DNA of 64,000 nucleotides from Balanoglossus misakiensis (taxonomy: Eukaryota; Animalia; Hemichordata), in NCBI GenBank assembly GCA_040954595.2, contig CM082586.2, positions 6,682,509 to 6,746,508 of the forward strand. The letters run 5' to 3'. The notes under the pieces are model-generated. The model did not search any database, was not told the origin of the DNA, and saw nothing but the letters and a program-made list of their open reading frames with translations. Made by a program: the position numbers and the translations under genes. Positions within the stretch are counted from its first letter, which is position 1. Every line of letters starts with the position of its first letter. This document shows, one piece after another, positions 37,801-56,684 of this stretch.

Positions 37801-40800
37801 CGATAGAAGATTTGCAATTTTTGATAAAGCATCTCAGTTCTGTCTCAGGTCAAAAGCAATTCAATGGAAGTTCATTTGATAAGACACAGCACCTACTGAA
37901 ATCATGATATGCAACTTTGTGTTTGAAATGCAATGTCTTTCCAACATGATACTTCCATATGAAGTCAAGAATTTGAAACTTGACAGATCTTCTTCTGTTG
38001 ATACTACAGATTTCTAAAAAAAAGTCGACTGAAGTATACAATCTCATGTGTCAACACGAACATGGTCTTTCATGATTTTGTTTCATTGCAGATGTGAAAT
38101 CTTCCAAAGTAAGTCTGGGAACTGCAGAGGGCTCCCTTCCCGCCAGTGAACCATCGACTTCATCCGGTGAGAACCCGAAAATGGACAGCAAAGCAAAGAA
38201 AGATAGCGAACTAGTTACCAAGGAGAAGATCGACACAAAAGGCAGTCACGATAGCATCGAGAAGAAGCTATTCAAAGCAGTAGGTTAAATTACAATCTCC
38301 TCGTGGATAGATTTATTTAATTCCTATTTTGGCTGTTGTTTGGTTTAAACTCATTGTAAAACAACAATAGTGGTTGTTACTCATATATTGGCGGTGTTGA
38401 GAAAAAACAAACCAAGAAAATGCATTTGATTCACAGCAAAAATTCTGAATGCATGTAACATTACAGTTACTGTGCCCTTACGTTTGTCAGCACAAATGCC
38501 GATACAAATATAGACGAAATCTTCATTCAGTAATCTCATCTTTCTCCCCACCCAGGGTTCTTTGCAATCCAGCCAGGACGGCCTGCAACAGAGACCAGGT
38601 GGCAGTAGCAAGCGACGACCAATCACTGTGATCGGATCGCGCAAGCTGATGGAGAAAGCGGAGAAGATGGAGTCGGACAACGAATCCGATTACGACGAGG
38701 AGGCCGCCTATCTGTTGAAGAAACAGGACGACTTCATTCCTGTTGCAGGGGAGTCCGGTGTCTACTACAAGGTGGGTCAGAGTTTCACCCATTCTTTGCA
38801 AATATTCCACATCAGGTGGTTCAACATTGCTTGGAAAATTTATTATACATTATATATTACAGACTTTTTGATTGGTTGTGACAGTGTCAAGAAAAGTGAG
38901 AAAGTGACTTTCACCCACTAATAGGCAGTGATACATGTATTTACTGATTGGCAGTCTCATGATACATACACATACCCTGAAGTATTTCACATACACATCA
39001 GGATGTACTACTCCGATCTGTGATGCAGTCACTTAACTCAGAGTGTGTTGTTGTTGTCTGTGTCTTCAGAAACATGTGAACAACCCAATGGACGTGTACA
39101 CAAAGAAGTTGTACTCCATGCTGCCCAAGACGGCGCTTTTGAACCAGAAGAAAAAGAGGAGAAAGTTGACCCACCTGGAAGAACTTGACCAGCATACATT
39201 TGCTGTTAAGTAAGTGCGATTTTAACCCTTTCACACCACCATGGTTTTGTCCAAACCCAGAGAAGACTTCTTGCTAGTGTGTTGTCCTTGTGTATATATT
39301 TGTACATAACTAATGTGTTGTGAGGTTTGGTTTGCTCTGTTTGTCTGTCTGTCTGGTCTGCATGTCTGTCTGTCTGTCTGCCCCTCTGTCTGCATGTCTG
39401 TCTGTCTGCATGTATGTCTGTCTGCCTATCTCTTTTGTGTGTCTGTCCTATCAATATCTAAATTTTGCAATGTCACTGCTCTATAGGTAATGGTCAGTAA
39501 TCAGGTACCAGGTTTAAGCTTCAATAAAACAAGTTTTTAATTTCTTTCGCAGGAAACCATTTTCGAGCAAAGGTCACCTGGAGAGGAGGGGTCACGAGAG
39601 GGCCGAGTACATTTCCCGACAGTTCCTGACGGAGATGGGATTCTCCCAGTGGCGATCCCGGGAATTCTGGGGGATGATGATCATGCTGATTCTGACCTGG
39701 TTTGTCCGGATGTACATCCATTACATCGGCCAGTGGGTCTTCCTTAACCTCATCACCATTCCAATCAACAAGTAAGTACATCCTCTGTGTTTACAAGGAA
39801 AAGTGTACGTGGAATACTCTGACTTGGAAGTTTCAGCCTTTCCTATTCACATCCTTTGGAGTGACATACAATTTAAGTGAAATTTCAACCCTATACGAAT
39901 ACTTTATCATGTCTATTGGAGTGTAATAAAATGGTCATTGCCAAGTAGATTTTCTGCATGGCCTGCTCGTAGTTGCCATTGAAGTTTTGTACCGGTAAGT
40001 GGAAAGTGACATTGATTATTTTTCACCCGAAACTTTAGCTTTTGGCATTTACATTGTCATCATTATTTCGCATCTGTCTACAAGTGGTAGTAGTTGTATA
40101 CACTTGTTATTAAGTATAATTGGTCCTCTGACTCAGGTAGAAATACAGTGGCACTATAGCTAGACCAGTCATTATGTTTTCATTCATTGTTTTTTATTCA
40201 TAGCCAGGGCATATTGATACTTATACATTTCTTTCTATTTTCAGGTTCAACTTCTATCCGTACACTGTGGAACTGAACTACCAGCAGTCTCTGCTCCACA
40301 CGAGAGAGGAGATCGCCGTGGTTGTCCTCGGCCCGTTCTCCAACATCTTCGTCCTGATAGCGCTGGTCTGTATCTCCTGGCTCAGTCAGAAGATCATGGG
40401 GTCGTTCCCGAACCTGGGCTCGAAGTTCATCCTGGCCTACGGAATCATGACCTTCCTGGATCCCATCTGGATACTGATTGTGGATGCGTGTATTGGGGTG
40501 AGTTATATAGCAGCGTACGTGTAACATGTACTTGACAATTTTCCCTCTCTTGTTTTCTCAAAAATACATAGACCACTTACATCTTAGCGGGTACTTGATC
40601 AGATATCTCATCCACTTTCGAAATTACGAGAGCCACTGATTTTGTGAATTCTCAATTGACAACTGTATCATCAGTGTGCCCTCTAAGCCCGTATGATACT
40701 GACTCAGTAAACTCACTGGTGACTCAAGAAAAATTTTCCACAGTACATGCATATATACAAGGTATAGGGCTGACTCAAAGAAATTTTTAGAAATCCTCAT

Positions 40801-42629
40801 ACTGTATATTATTATTACCATATATCATTCATTGTATTCTAATCCAAACTTGTTCAAATCACTTTCATTTTTGTATTACAGACAGTGAAGTACACAGACG
40901 GAGATGACCCCATCGCCGACGCCTCCAAACTGTACTACAACTTCTATCGTCTACAGAACAACGGACTGGTGGGAATCTTCATGACAATATTCCTCTACAT
41001 ATTCTGCATGTTCACAACCACCGTCATTCTCTACATGTACTTCCTCAGGTAGGTTTCAAATCACTCTATGTGACACCCCTAGCCACTGGGTGTGAATGGA
41101 ATAGTCCACCATGTGACAATATGTCTGATATTGTTGATCATGGTTGTTAATATAGTTGTACACGAGTCTATAACTCAATGTCCTGAATTATGGAGTTGTG
41201 TGTTTCATTTATTCATTATTGTCCAATGCCATCACTGCAACATGTTTTTAATGTATTTTGCTGCAGACTCCATAACAATGGTCGTCTGTTGGACACCTAC
41301 CACCGACTGAGTTCGCTGAATGACGAATTCTTTGTGCCGTTCGACTTGGAACTGAGCATCCATGAACTGAGTTACATCGTGAAGAAATCGGAGCAGTGGC
41401 GGGGGGAGGAGGGCGAGAGGAGGAAGACCGCCATCTACGATTACATCTGGGAGGAAGAATCGGTGAGTAGAGAAACGGTTGAAATTGGATTTTTAAATCG
41501 AGCCATGAAGCACAGCTGGCCTCCGTTTTGTGATATTCATAGTCGTTAGTAGACTACAACTGTTGCATTAGTTCATTTTGTGGCAATTTTCCATTAACAG
41601 GACAGTAGCTGTACCTTTTGGATGTTCAGATTTTTTTGTGTGTGTATAACTACAGTTAATAGCTCTAAAGCATGCTAAATGCCTTAGAATAGAAGACTCT
41701 CAAACTCCATACTATTCTCTCCCATCTTGAATAACATTGTCGTGAGGAAAATCCTCTAAAAACATTTACGATACAAAAATTGCCTTTCCCAACAGGTCGA
41801 GGAAGTAATATGGGATGAAACTGGTGAACATCGTCGGATGAGACAAGGAAAGAAGGAAGTGACAACTCACATATCTGTACACACCATCCATCTGGATGGA
41901 TTGAGGGAACTCTACCGGCATTTCCTGCGTCTGCCTGATGGCGCTATAGTTGAGGTGAGTGGGTTTGTCCCATGTGTTTCAAATGCTTCAGTTGAGTGGG
42001 CTCGAAGTATAGTGCCTGCGTGGATGGCCAATGATACACACGATGTTAACAGATTAATAACACTTTATTCATGTGAACACAAGATGTCCGCCATGGAAGG
42101 GCAGCAACAACAACAGACTGAAGTATAGCAGACTTCAGTAGTACATCATCCAAATTAATCTCCACCTTTTTAAAGTGAAAATCTATAATCAAGGTGCATT
42201 GTCAGTGATACCAGTATCCCTTTCGATAATTCGGGACTTGACTATTCGTTAAAGGGAATGTCAATGACCACCACATACAGCCTTTGGCAACTGGTCACAC
42301 ATTTTGGCATGAAGTTGGCTGTTAATCCGTCCAATACGTTTTCTCGTTTGCTATTAAAGGTGTTTGGTGAGATGGGTGTTGCAGGCATGGACCGAGACGT
42401 GAAGAACGCCCTGACAAAAGGCGCCCAGGGCGTGGAGAACCTGATGGGATCGCAGTACAGCCTGAGCAAACTGCGCAACCGGCGGCCCGTGACGACCGGC
42501 GGTCTGGGGTCCATGGAACTGCGCGAGGCGCTCGGACAGCAACAACAGAGAACGGCCACTCCCACGGACGATGACCGCAGCTCCACACCGGTCAAGATGA
42601 AGCCAGGAGCCACAGAGTCCACGGCATAA
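31843..42629 (+). CDS. OFCC1: OFCC1/ojoplano-like multi-pass membrane protein, complete spliced CDS
   Basis: Acidic low-complexity N-terminus and a coiled coil, then the conserved core RRWKVDWNKTPQPIQIKLKCMRGVRDKLPGGRY...VVGWGVFPICD...YKAPFLRG, several TM helices (about 39650-39760, 40300-40500, 40960-41045), RLHNNGRLLDTYHRL...FFVPFDLE, and YRHFLRLPDGAIVEVFG; stop TAA at 42627-42629. Confidence 0.85.
33751..33925. mobile_element. Short TIR element (gtgtgccctcta...tagagggcacac); partial second copy at about 40672-40800
   Basis: 12-bp terminal inverted repeat; shared internal sequence actgactca..aaactcactggtgactcaa...tttttagaaatcctca in both copies. Confidence 0.72.
35077..35168 (+). mobile_element. 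piggyBac-like MITE copy
   Basis: TTAA-CCCTTTCACC...GGTGAAAGGG-TTAA, full length. Confidence 0.88.
35739..35838 (-). mobile_element. Degenerate piggyBac-like MITE copy
   Basis: ttaatcctttaacccc...gtccaactttaccatacaaaacaat...ggtggtggtagagttaa. Confidence 0.7.
36708..36762. repeat. (CAGA)n-like microsatellite
   Basis: Seen directly. Confidence 0.9.
37321..37684. mobile_element. Palindromic non-autonomous DNA transposon with TTAA flanks, Kolobok-like
   Basis: TTAA-AGGGAC...GTCACT-TTAA; the two arms of about 175 bp are imperfect reverse complements around a centre near 37505. TTAA duplication with purine-purine 5' termini is the Kolobok signature. Confidence 0.78.
39335..39450. repeat. (TCTG)n-like microsatellite
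   Basis: Seen directly. Confidence 0.9.
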
Positions 42630-43570
42630 AGCTTGTGAACATCTCAAGACAGAGAAGATTTACAGGTGAAATCAGCCATTGTACATTTTGTGGTTTGTCC
42701 TGAATTTCTTCAAGGAGGCTTGTGACACATTTACATAAAGTTTAATGGATTAATATTCTGTTCAATTATGCCCATTTATTAAAGTATCTGTAATTATTCT
42801 GTAAATATTTACCTGTGTAGATAATGTAATATAATGAAAAATAGAGTTTTAAAATTAGAAGTAAACATATCTATTTGATTATTGAGATATTTCCAATTAT
42901 ATGTTGTTGTTTTTCCACTGTTTTCAACTATAGATTTTCATAGAATTTGTATGTACTGAATTTTGGATTGGAAGGGACATTGGCAGTCAGAGTTATTTTG
43001 TATAGAATTTCTTGGGAGCAACTCTTTGAAAATGGGCTGGCAGAGTTGGAGGAGCAAAATCATTCAGATTGTCAACAAATTTATATTAACATTTACATTT
43101 CCTATATGTTCCATTTTAATTGTAGAGACTTTTGAAAAATGTTTTATAATTTTGTGTAGTTTTGAATTTTATCCATGATCAGAGCATATATGTACATATG
43201 ACATTGCAAAACTTTACATCTTTCTTGTTCTGTTTTAGAAATCTTATAGTCGAGTTATATTTTGCTATATTGAAAAATTAGTGTGTGTTTTGGTTTTACT
43301 ATGCAGGGTAATGCTGTTGCTAAGGCAAACTGCAGGCCAGTTGTGATTAGTGTGGTATTTTCTCATTTCTGGCACTTATGTTGAGGGCACTCTTAATGAT
43401 AAAATTTATCTGTATATCACCATTTAGTGGTAATGGACGCAGACCTTTATCTGGTGAAGTTAAGGGATCTGAGAATTATGGTTTCATAAAAAAAAATTAA
43501 GTACATTTCGCTGCTTAGATGTTGCAGCCTCAAATGAAAATAATCAAGTATCTCTACTCTATTTGCTGTG

Positions 43571-43700
43571 TACACCCCTTTCTTAAGTCTAGCGCCCTCT
43601 TGCAGCAGTGGTGAATTTCAACTCAATTTTGCCTCTCTTTGAGTTTGAATATTCATGATGGCTGTGTATGTGAGGGCGATAGACTTCTGAAAAGGGTGTC
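43571..43700. mobile_element. About 130-bp MITE; second copy at 58428-58570
   Basis: TIR taagtctagcgccctc / gagggcgatagactt; internal gaatttcaactcaa is shared with the second copy. Confidence 0.72.
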
Positions 43701-44298
43701 CATGCTGACAAACTTAATCCTTTGACTTAACAACTGCTGAAGAAACTTTGATCTTTTAACTATCCATGTGCAAGTAGCAATACAAGGCAAGTATCTAATA
43801 TTACAGTCAATTTACAAATCTTACAAGCAATGATGATATCTTGCCTCAGCACGTCGACAATTTTCCACATTCCGTCCTGACACAGGAGGTTGTTGCCTTC
43901 CAAGTGATGTGGTAAAATGAAAATAATCAGATACTTAAAAATTATAAATTTTTCTTTTTTATAAGATTTTATTATTATAGCCACAGTCATATCGTTCATG
44001 AGAATGTATTATACATTCAATATGTAAGTACATTTTCAAGTTTTCCCGGTTGGTGTATATATACACAGATGTATAGAGCCATTTTAGAAACTTTTGGTAT
44101 TTTTAATTTTTAAGTCATTGTTACCAATCAATGTCGTCATAGTTTTTATACATTTTATTCAAATTTCTTCAAATATATTAAAATATATTGAATTATAAAT
44201 TAGACAGGCTTGATGTTACTGGTAAGTATCTATCGCAGTGATATTTTGATGTCTGTGCTTTCAGTAAGGGAGGCAGGGTGGGTATGCTGTATTTCAGA

Positions 44299-44756
44299 TA
44301 GTCTCGGTTACCCAGACGCCTTTGCTCTTCCGATACTCTCCAGAAAAAGGGTCTGGGGAAATGCTATTGAAAGCTTTGTAAAACAAAATGGCCGATGTCA
44401 GGATTTTGATCATCGCCTGATTGGCTGAGCTGTCAGTATGACCCGGGTCACTGACTCTCGACAATGTGTGATTTTTTGTCGTATCTTCATATCAAGAGAC
44501 CGGTACTTGTTGGTTGATGCGAAAGGCAAAAGGCGTCCTCTGTTAGCATTGTTGGAGAAATTATATGAAATATCTTTGGGAGACGATTGTCGAAACTATT
44601 GCAGTGACCCGGGTCATACTGACAGCTCAGCCAATCAGGCGATGATCAAAATCGTGACATCGGCCATTTTGTTTTACAAAGCTTTCAATAGCATTTCCCC
44701 AGACCCTTTTTCTGGAGAGCATCGGAAGAGCAAAGGCGTCTGGGTAACCGAGACTA
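44299..44756. mobile_element. Non-autonomous DNA transposon, 155-bp TIRs and 9-bp TSD, AcademH-like
   Basis: TAG...CTA termini; arms 44299-44453 and 44602-44756 differ at two positions; TATTTCAGA is duplicated at 44290-44298 and 44757-44765. Confidence 0.88.
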
Positions 44757-45288
44757 TATTTCAGACAGAAGTAACGACAATACCCAGCATGCAGTGCGTA
44801 CCTATGACTCAATGGTTGGTTAAAGTTCAAAGGTCATAAAGGCGAAGAACAGACAGACAGAAGATTGTGATTCACTGTACATATATACTTTAATTTCCAA
44901 TTCCACGGAACTGGAATAAATACTTGTATAAACATGTAAATTCAACTTCTTGACAACAAAGTCTCTTGATCATATGTATATCCGAACATTTGACTTTTGA
45001 AAGTTGAAAAATTCTATGCAAATTTCAAACATTTCGCATCTGAAAGTTAAAATATAACAGATATTAATGTTTCCAAACGATCTGCAGCCAAAAATTTCGA
45101 CTCCATTGAATTGTTTCAGTTTAAATCTGTATTACTGTTTGGATTATGTAGAAGACGAACTCGCTTCATTGGTTTTTTTCCCTACTTTGGCACGAGCTTG
45201 TCTGATTTTCTGTGGCCAGAATAGTCCGTGGGGTGCATGGAAACTTGAACACGTACTGTCTACACCATCAGGCAAAGTGGAACTGAGG

Positions 45289-45302
45289 GCGCCACCTAGC
45301 GG
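45289..45302 (-). promoter_or_regulatory. CTCF-like motif CCGCTAGGTGGCGC
   Basis: Close match to the CTCF core consensus; lies between two convergent genes. Motif match only. Confidence 0.55.
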
Positions 45303-46126
45303 GCGAACATGCAAGATTATCTTCTGGGATTGTCGCCCAGTATGTTAGACTACTGGATTAATAATGCGATCAAAACAAAACAAACCGTCTCACGGCAAAT
45401 AAAGTAAAACTGAAAAAATGAGGTTTCAAAATATCCTCATACACACTACATGTCATGGTCGGAGCGTAGAAATAATTGGATGGATTAGTTTTTTTCCTCG
45501 GAAATCTACTGCAATTTTGATAGTTAACTGTTTTTTCCCTCATTGTTAAGTATTTCTAACGGCCTGATTGGTGCCGATGATGCTATAAAGATGAAAGACT
45601 TCACAAATCTGTAAATGTTGGCAGATAGACATTTTTAGAATTATTTACAACAAAGGGGAAACGAATCTAAAACTAAACACACAGAATTTCACGTATCGGT
45701 GGGAATGTGGAGCATTTACATTTGCACGTTGCAACCGCGACTCGTTATTTCAGGAAAAAGTAGTTATTTTTGTTATCCGATTTACAAGGCTCAGTCGCCG
45801 TAAAACCTGGCGAACATGATACTAGTAGTTGACGTCACAGAAAATGATAAACAACGAACAACGCTGCACCTGGATTCGACAACTGTGTCCATGTTTTGGC
45901 GGAGGATCAGTAATTACCTCAGCGTTAATTAAGTACTTTGTACCCGTCAATTAAAAACATGCCCACGCCTTATTTCTCGTGAAAGCAACATTTCCATGAA
46001 CGGAAAAGGTTTGGCACAAAAGCAAATTGAAAAAAAAATTACTGCTTGTCTCTTAAAGTTTACTCCACGGTAGTTATGGACACTTCTATAATTTTTAGTC
46101 AATTAAAAAGGCCGCTGGATCATTTG

Positions 46127-52412
<6,286 letters not shown>

Positions 52413-55400
52413 CTCCGCGTCTCTGGTGGCGCTGTTGTTATCCGCCAGTTTTGAAGTACCATGGGTGTTAAGTTCTGGAATGAAAACAGAAGAAAGAGGA
52501 TAACTTGCAGTATGAATTAATGGCGGGCAGCGGTGGTCATCTATGATGACAGTGGACTATGGTGGTTGAAGGGGGGGGGGCGATGTTTTTTGTTGTTATT
52601 TTTGGTCTTGTTTTGGTGGTAGTGTGGACTTATGTGGTCTTCAGGTGTGCTGGCCTCTCCAAGGTTATTCAACCCGGATACGACGAGTATAGGTGTCACG
52701 GTGACGTCAGAGACCGGATTCGTACGACCTTGTCGATCCCGTTTCAATGGCATGATGTGGCACTGATCATGCATGCGACTTGTCGCTCTCACGGTTTGAA
52801 TTAAGGAGACTGAATCTCTTGATGTGAAACCTGGAATGTGACGGGCTTCAGAAAGCGATACGCGGCGGTGGAACCTTCCTTAGACTGTTTGACTACCTCC
52901 ACCGGGTTCGTGCACACACTAGATGTAGATGCCTTTTCTCTTAAAATTTCCCCGTGACATCATTCCTCACACAGGCCTATGTATTGTGGATAGTAAACAT
53001 TAACTGTGCAAAATACTATTAAAATCAATGCATTTGAAATAGTCGGGTGTGAACAGGCACCGTTGACTAATAACCATCGTGTATGCCACGAACATCCGCG
53101 CATAGCAGCGCGCTGAAGTCGTTTGAGGTGACGGTGTGGATATCATTGGTTGCCATGCCAACCGACAGTACCTGCATTGGTACGAGCGCACGTGGATTTA
53201 TTAGATGTTGTCATTATGTCAACAATATGTCGTATCGCACGATCACAACAAAATTCCGAATTTTCACTTCTGTTTCCTGGCGACCTTTAGACTGTTGTAA
53301 TTAAACGATGCTCTTAAAAGAACGATTATTTTGGGCATGAGTATTATAATTCCCCGTCTAGCCTAGTGATAAAATGTTTAAATCGTTCCAGACGAATTCA
53401 CGTCATAATTGCTGATCTGCAAGACTATTTTACACGTCTAAATAATACATGTTGAATACACGTATAAATTTGCAAACGACGAGAAATTCTCACGGACCAT
53501 ACAAATGTAGGTAAATAAATCCTCATTGAAAGGCTGAATAATAATGGCTGACTATAGTGGAATGGCAAAATACCCCGTTCGCGTCGCCTGCCGATTCTCT
53601 TACCGTTCACAGCCGTCTCGAAGAAACCATTTCCGATTCAGATGGCGTGGACTGTTTCATACCAGCTCAAAATGTCTATAAAATCAAGAATTATGACGAC
53701 GACACTCCCAAACGGGGACCACGCAAACGAGCGTCCATGGCGTCGACTGTGTAAGCTTTGCAATGGCATTCAGGTGAGAGTGACCTGACCCGAAAACGAA
53801 TTACTAAGCATAAATTATTACTGCAGTGGGCTGTGGCGGCCAGGTATGACTATTTTAAAACAGCAATTGGTCCGTGGTGTGCGTTTCACGTGTAACTATG
53901 ATATGAAATGGGATTTCGACAATACAAATTAATATCATAGTCACCATCAACACTGTTAAAATGTATTACCATTAAAAAAACCGTGGGGGGGGGGGGGGGG
54001 TTAAAGCGAAAGTGCGTAGTTATGAGGAAGTAAAACAACGAAAAATACTGTGTTGTAACCACGGTTACGGTGAAATGTCAACACATATTAAAACAGTAAA
54101 CCTGGGGTTGCGTGTCAACAGCAAACAGATCAGAACAGTCATTTCGCCGAGTAAACATCGTAAAATGAACCATTTGGCTATGACGCTAGACTAGCCCACT
54201 AGTCGCTTGGTGATTTTTAAATCTCAATACTTTTTGTGTTTTCGGTGGTTTTTTGTCTTAATAAATAATTGCAATACATTTTGCGTGCATGCTTGCCTTG
54301 AGCGTGTTTTGGTAGTGAGGTGAGTTTCGAATTTGGGAATGAGCTTGTGGTTTCGGGTAGCGTCGACCAAGCGCGTTCCCTACACATAATGAAGCCCATA
54401 GACTTGGAGCAAGTCTACTATGACGCGTAAACGGTAACGTTGCGCTCGAGGTCGTGTTGACGATATTTATCGCTTTTGTGTGTTCAATGGCCAATAGCCG
54501 TGGCTTTTAACAAACTTACAGATAATGAAGTTCCGAGGCCTATATCCCCTACACCCGTGACTCTACGGTGGCTATTTTGGGAAAGCTAATTTGCAGACTG
54601 TCAGGGCGGACAATGGCATTTCCTCCTTCGTGTCACCGACAGAGAAAACAAGACCATTGTATCTTTGACTAGGTCTTTCATGATATGTATGAACGCTTTA
54701 ATAACACCGGAATCAATCAACACACTGAGAAAATCCACCCACAGATATTTTGAAAATATATATATATTATTAATATTTCCAAATTGATGTTTTCATCTAT
54801 GTATCTCCTATCCATTATTAACAGGTGGTTGAAAATTCACATTCGGTGGTGACGTGAACGTGACGTACATGTACTAGCAATATGTGTTCTAGACGTTTTC
54901 AAATTGTGTTTTTCCAACGCGTTGCCAGTATTTTTTTGCCAGTGAGGAAATAAGCGAGAATATCTTGATTGGTTACACTTTACAAGGCAATTTTGGAGAC
55001 AGTGAAGACTTTCGGACGATTTTGTTCATCGCGAAATAAACAATAAAAAACTATTTAAAAAAGACGAAATGGGTTTTATAACCAAACATTTTCAAGCAAC
55101 ACGAAATAGACTTACATGGTTCCTTTTTGTGCTGCTACGACACGACACGATCGATATTTGTTGAAAGGGGCAATGGGATTTCAACCACCTTCAGAGATCA
55201 TGCGCCCTAGCTCATTGAGCGTTATTTTGAAGCCGCGCCAAGATCATATATGAAACGCGTGTAAACAAGACAGTTCGGACACTGTACAGTAATTGGTAGA
55301 TGTTGTACTACCCACAGTAATTGAGGGCCATATATTTAAACGTTGTTTATGGACTGAGCCTTATCACAGTCACTCAAGAGGGACTGTGGCCTATATACTC

Positions 55401-56477
55401 ACGGAACAGTAGAGTTAGTCAACTCTTGAATCATATGACACAAGCTAGTGGTTTAGTTGCGTCAGACGGTACGTGTCAAATTACAGTTTAAAAATGTCTC
55501 TTGAGAAAGTATGAGAAAGTTCATGCAGTCCACGTGCATTTAAGGGATAGTTCAATGAGTCGGATATTGTGCGCAACGGTAGGTAGCGAACTATATCAGT
55601 AGTCAACTGACGGAAGTTGACGCAGTTTCTCTCCCAACACAACTTTCCTTTGGTTGGCTGTGGATATTAAAATACACGTGAAGTGAGGAAGTGGGGGCTT
55701 ACCTTAATATGGAAGTCATACACCAAAGTTATCCTGTGTTGACATTTTTCACAATTGAGAGGGACGATGGTGGTCGCGGAACAAGTTCTGGGCCTATTGG
55801 TAAAGTGAATGAGTGTCGTGGGCCGGCGGCCAACATTATCCAGGGGGAAAGCTTTGTTATTCAAATTAATGCCCGTAAGACGATCGGTAAAGTTCATTCA
55901 GTGGTTACGCAGGCATTGTTTGCTGTGTTGTCAACACAACGTTTCCCGGCCCCATGAGCCGGTTAAAGGGCGCCCTCTGCAGGCATTGATGTCTTTTCTT
56001 TGACTTTTCGTTGGTAGCAATTTTTTCAACAAAAACCTTTGGTTTATCAGCTTACGTAAGTGTGACGTTCATGTAAATTGAACGGCCGAATACGGGTGTA
56101 CATCGCATGGTATTCATTGCATATTAATTTTTAATTAAAACAACACGTCCAGTAGTTATAGAATTCGTTATCGCTAAACATTCAACTCTCTTTAAGAATT
56201 CAACGTTAATTGTTGCAAAGAAAACACTAGTAATTCGGGTATGAACATGTTTGGAATTCGAACCTTCGAATAATTGTTACGACACTGTTATAATCTGACA
56301 TTAGTGGCCCTACCCTTCCTCAGTCGTCGGCAGCAGTTTGGTGAATGCATGGACCCGTCGCCCTCCTTCCCCAGACAGTGAGAAGTCTATCAGGCAGACA
56401 AGAATCCTGCTCCCAGATTTCCCGCCTGCACGTGAGTTACATTAAGGTCTTTTGGGGGCTCGTGAAGTTTACTACTT

Positions 56478-56684
56478 TGTAAAACACTTTATTTTCGCGA
56501 GTCAAAATTTTCGTGATATCGAGAGAGGCCACTGTTTCGCGAGTATTAATTTTCGCGTTCTCTTATTTCATTCACTGAATCGTTATCTTCAAAAAAAATT
56601 TCCGCGATTTTTTATTTTCACGCTATTTTGGCTCTCGCGTATTACGCGAAATTTTATTGCTTGCGAAAATAAAGTGTTTTACAG
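56478..56684. mobile_element. MITE with 20-bp TIRs and internal TTTTCGCG repeats
   Basis: tgtaaaacactttattttcgc / gcgaaaataaagtgttttaca terminal inverted repeats. Confidence 0.8.

Noticed and set aside
44210-44839. Two near-identical peptides (SLGYPDAFALP...) on opposite strands
   Set aside because: They come from the 155-bp inverted repeats of the transposon, not from genes.
52541-52830. Possible upstream coding exon of the protease (MPLKRDRQG...)
   Set aside because: The only donor-like site is ataagt rather than gtaagt, and its phase does not join the TM exon in frame; left unassigned.
55667-56003. Cluster of short ORFs between the protease and TRPC genes
   Set aside because: No recognisable domain or consistent splice pattern; may be regulatory or UTR sequence but cannot be supported.
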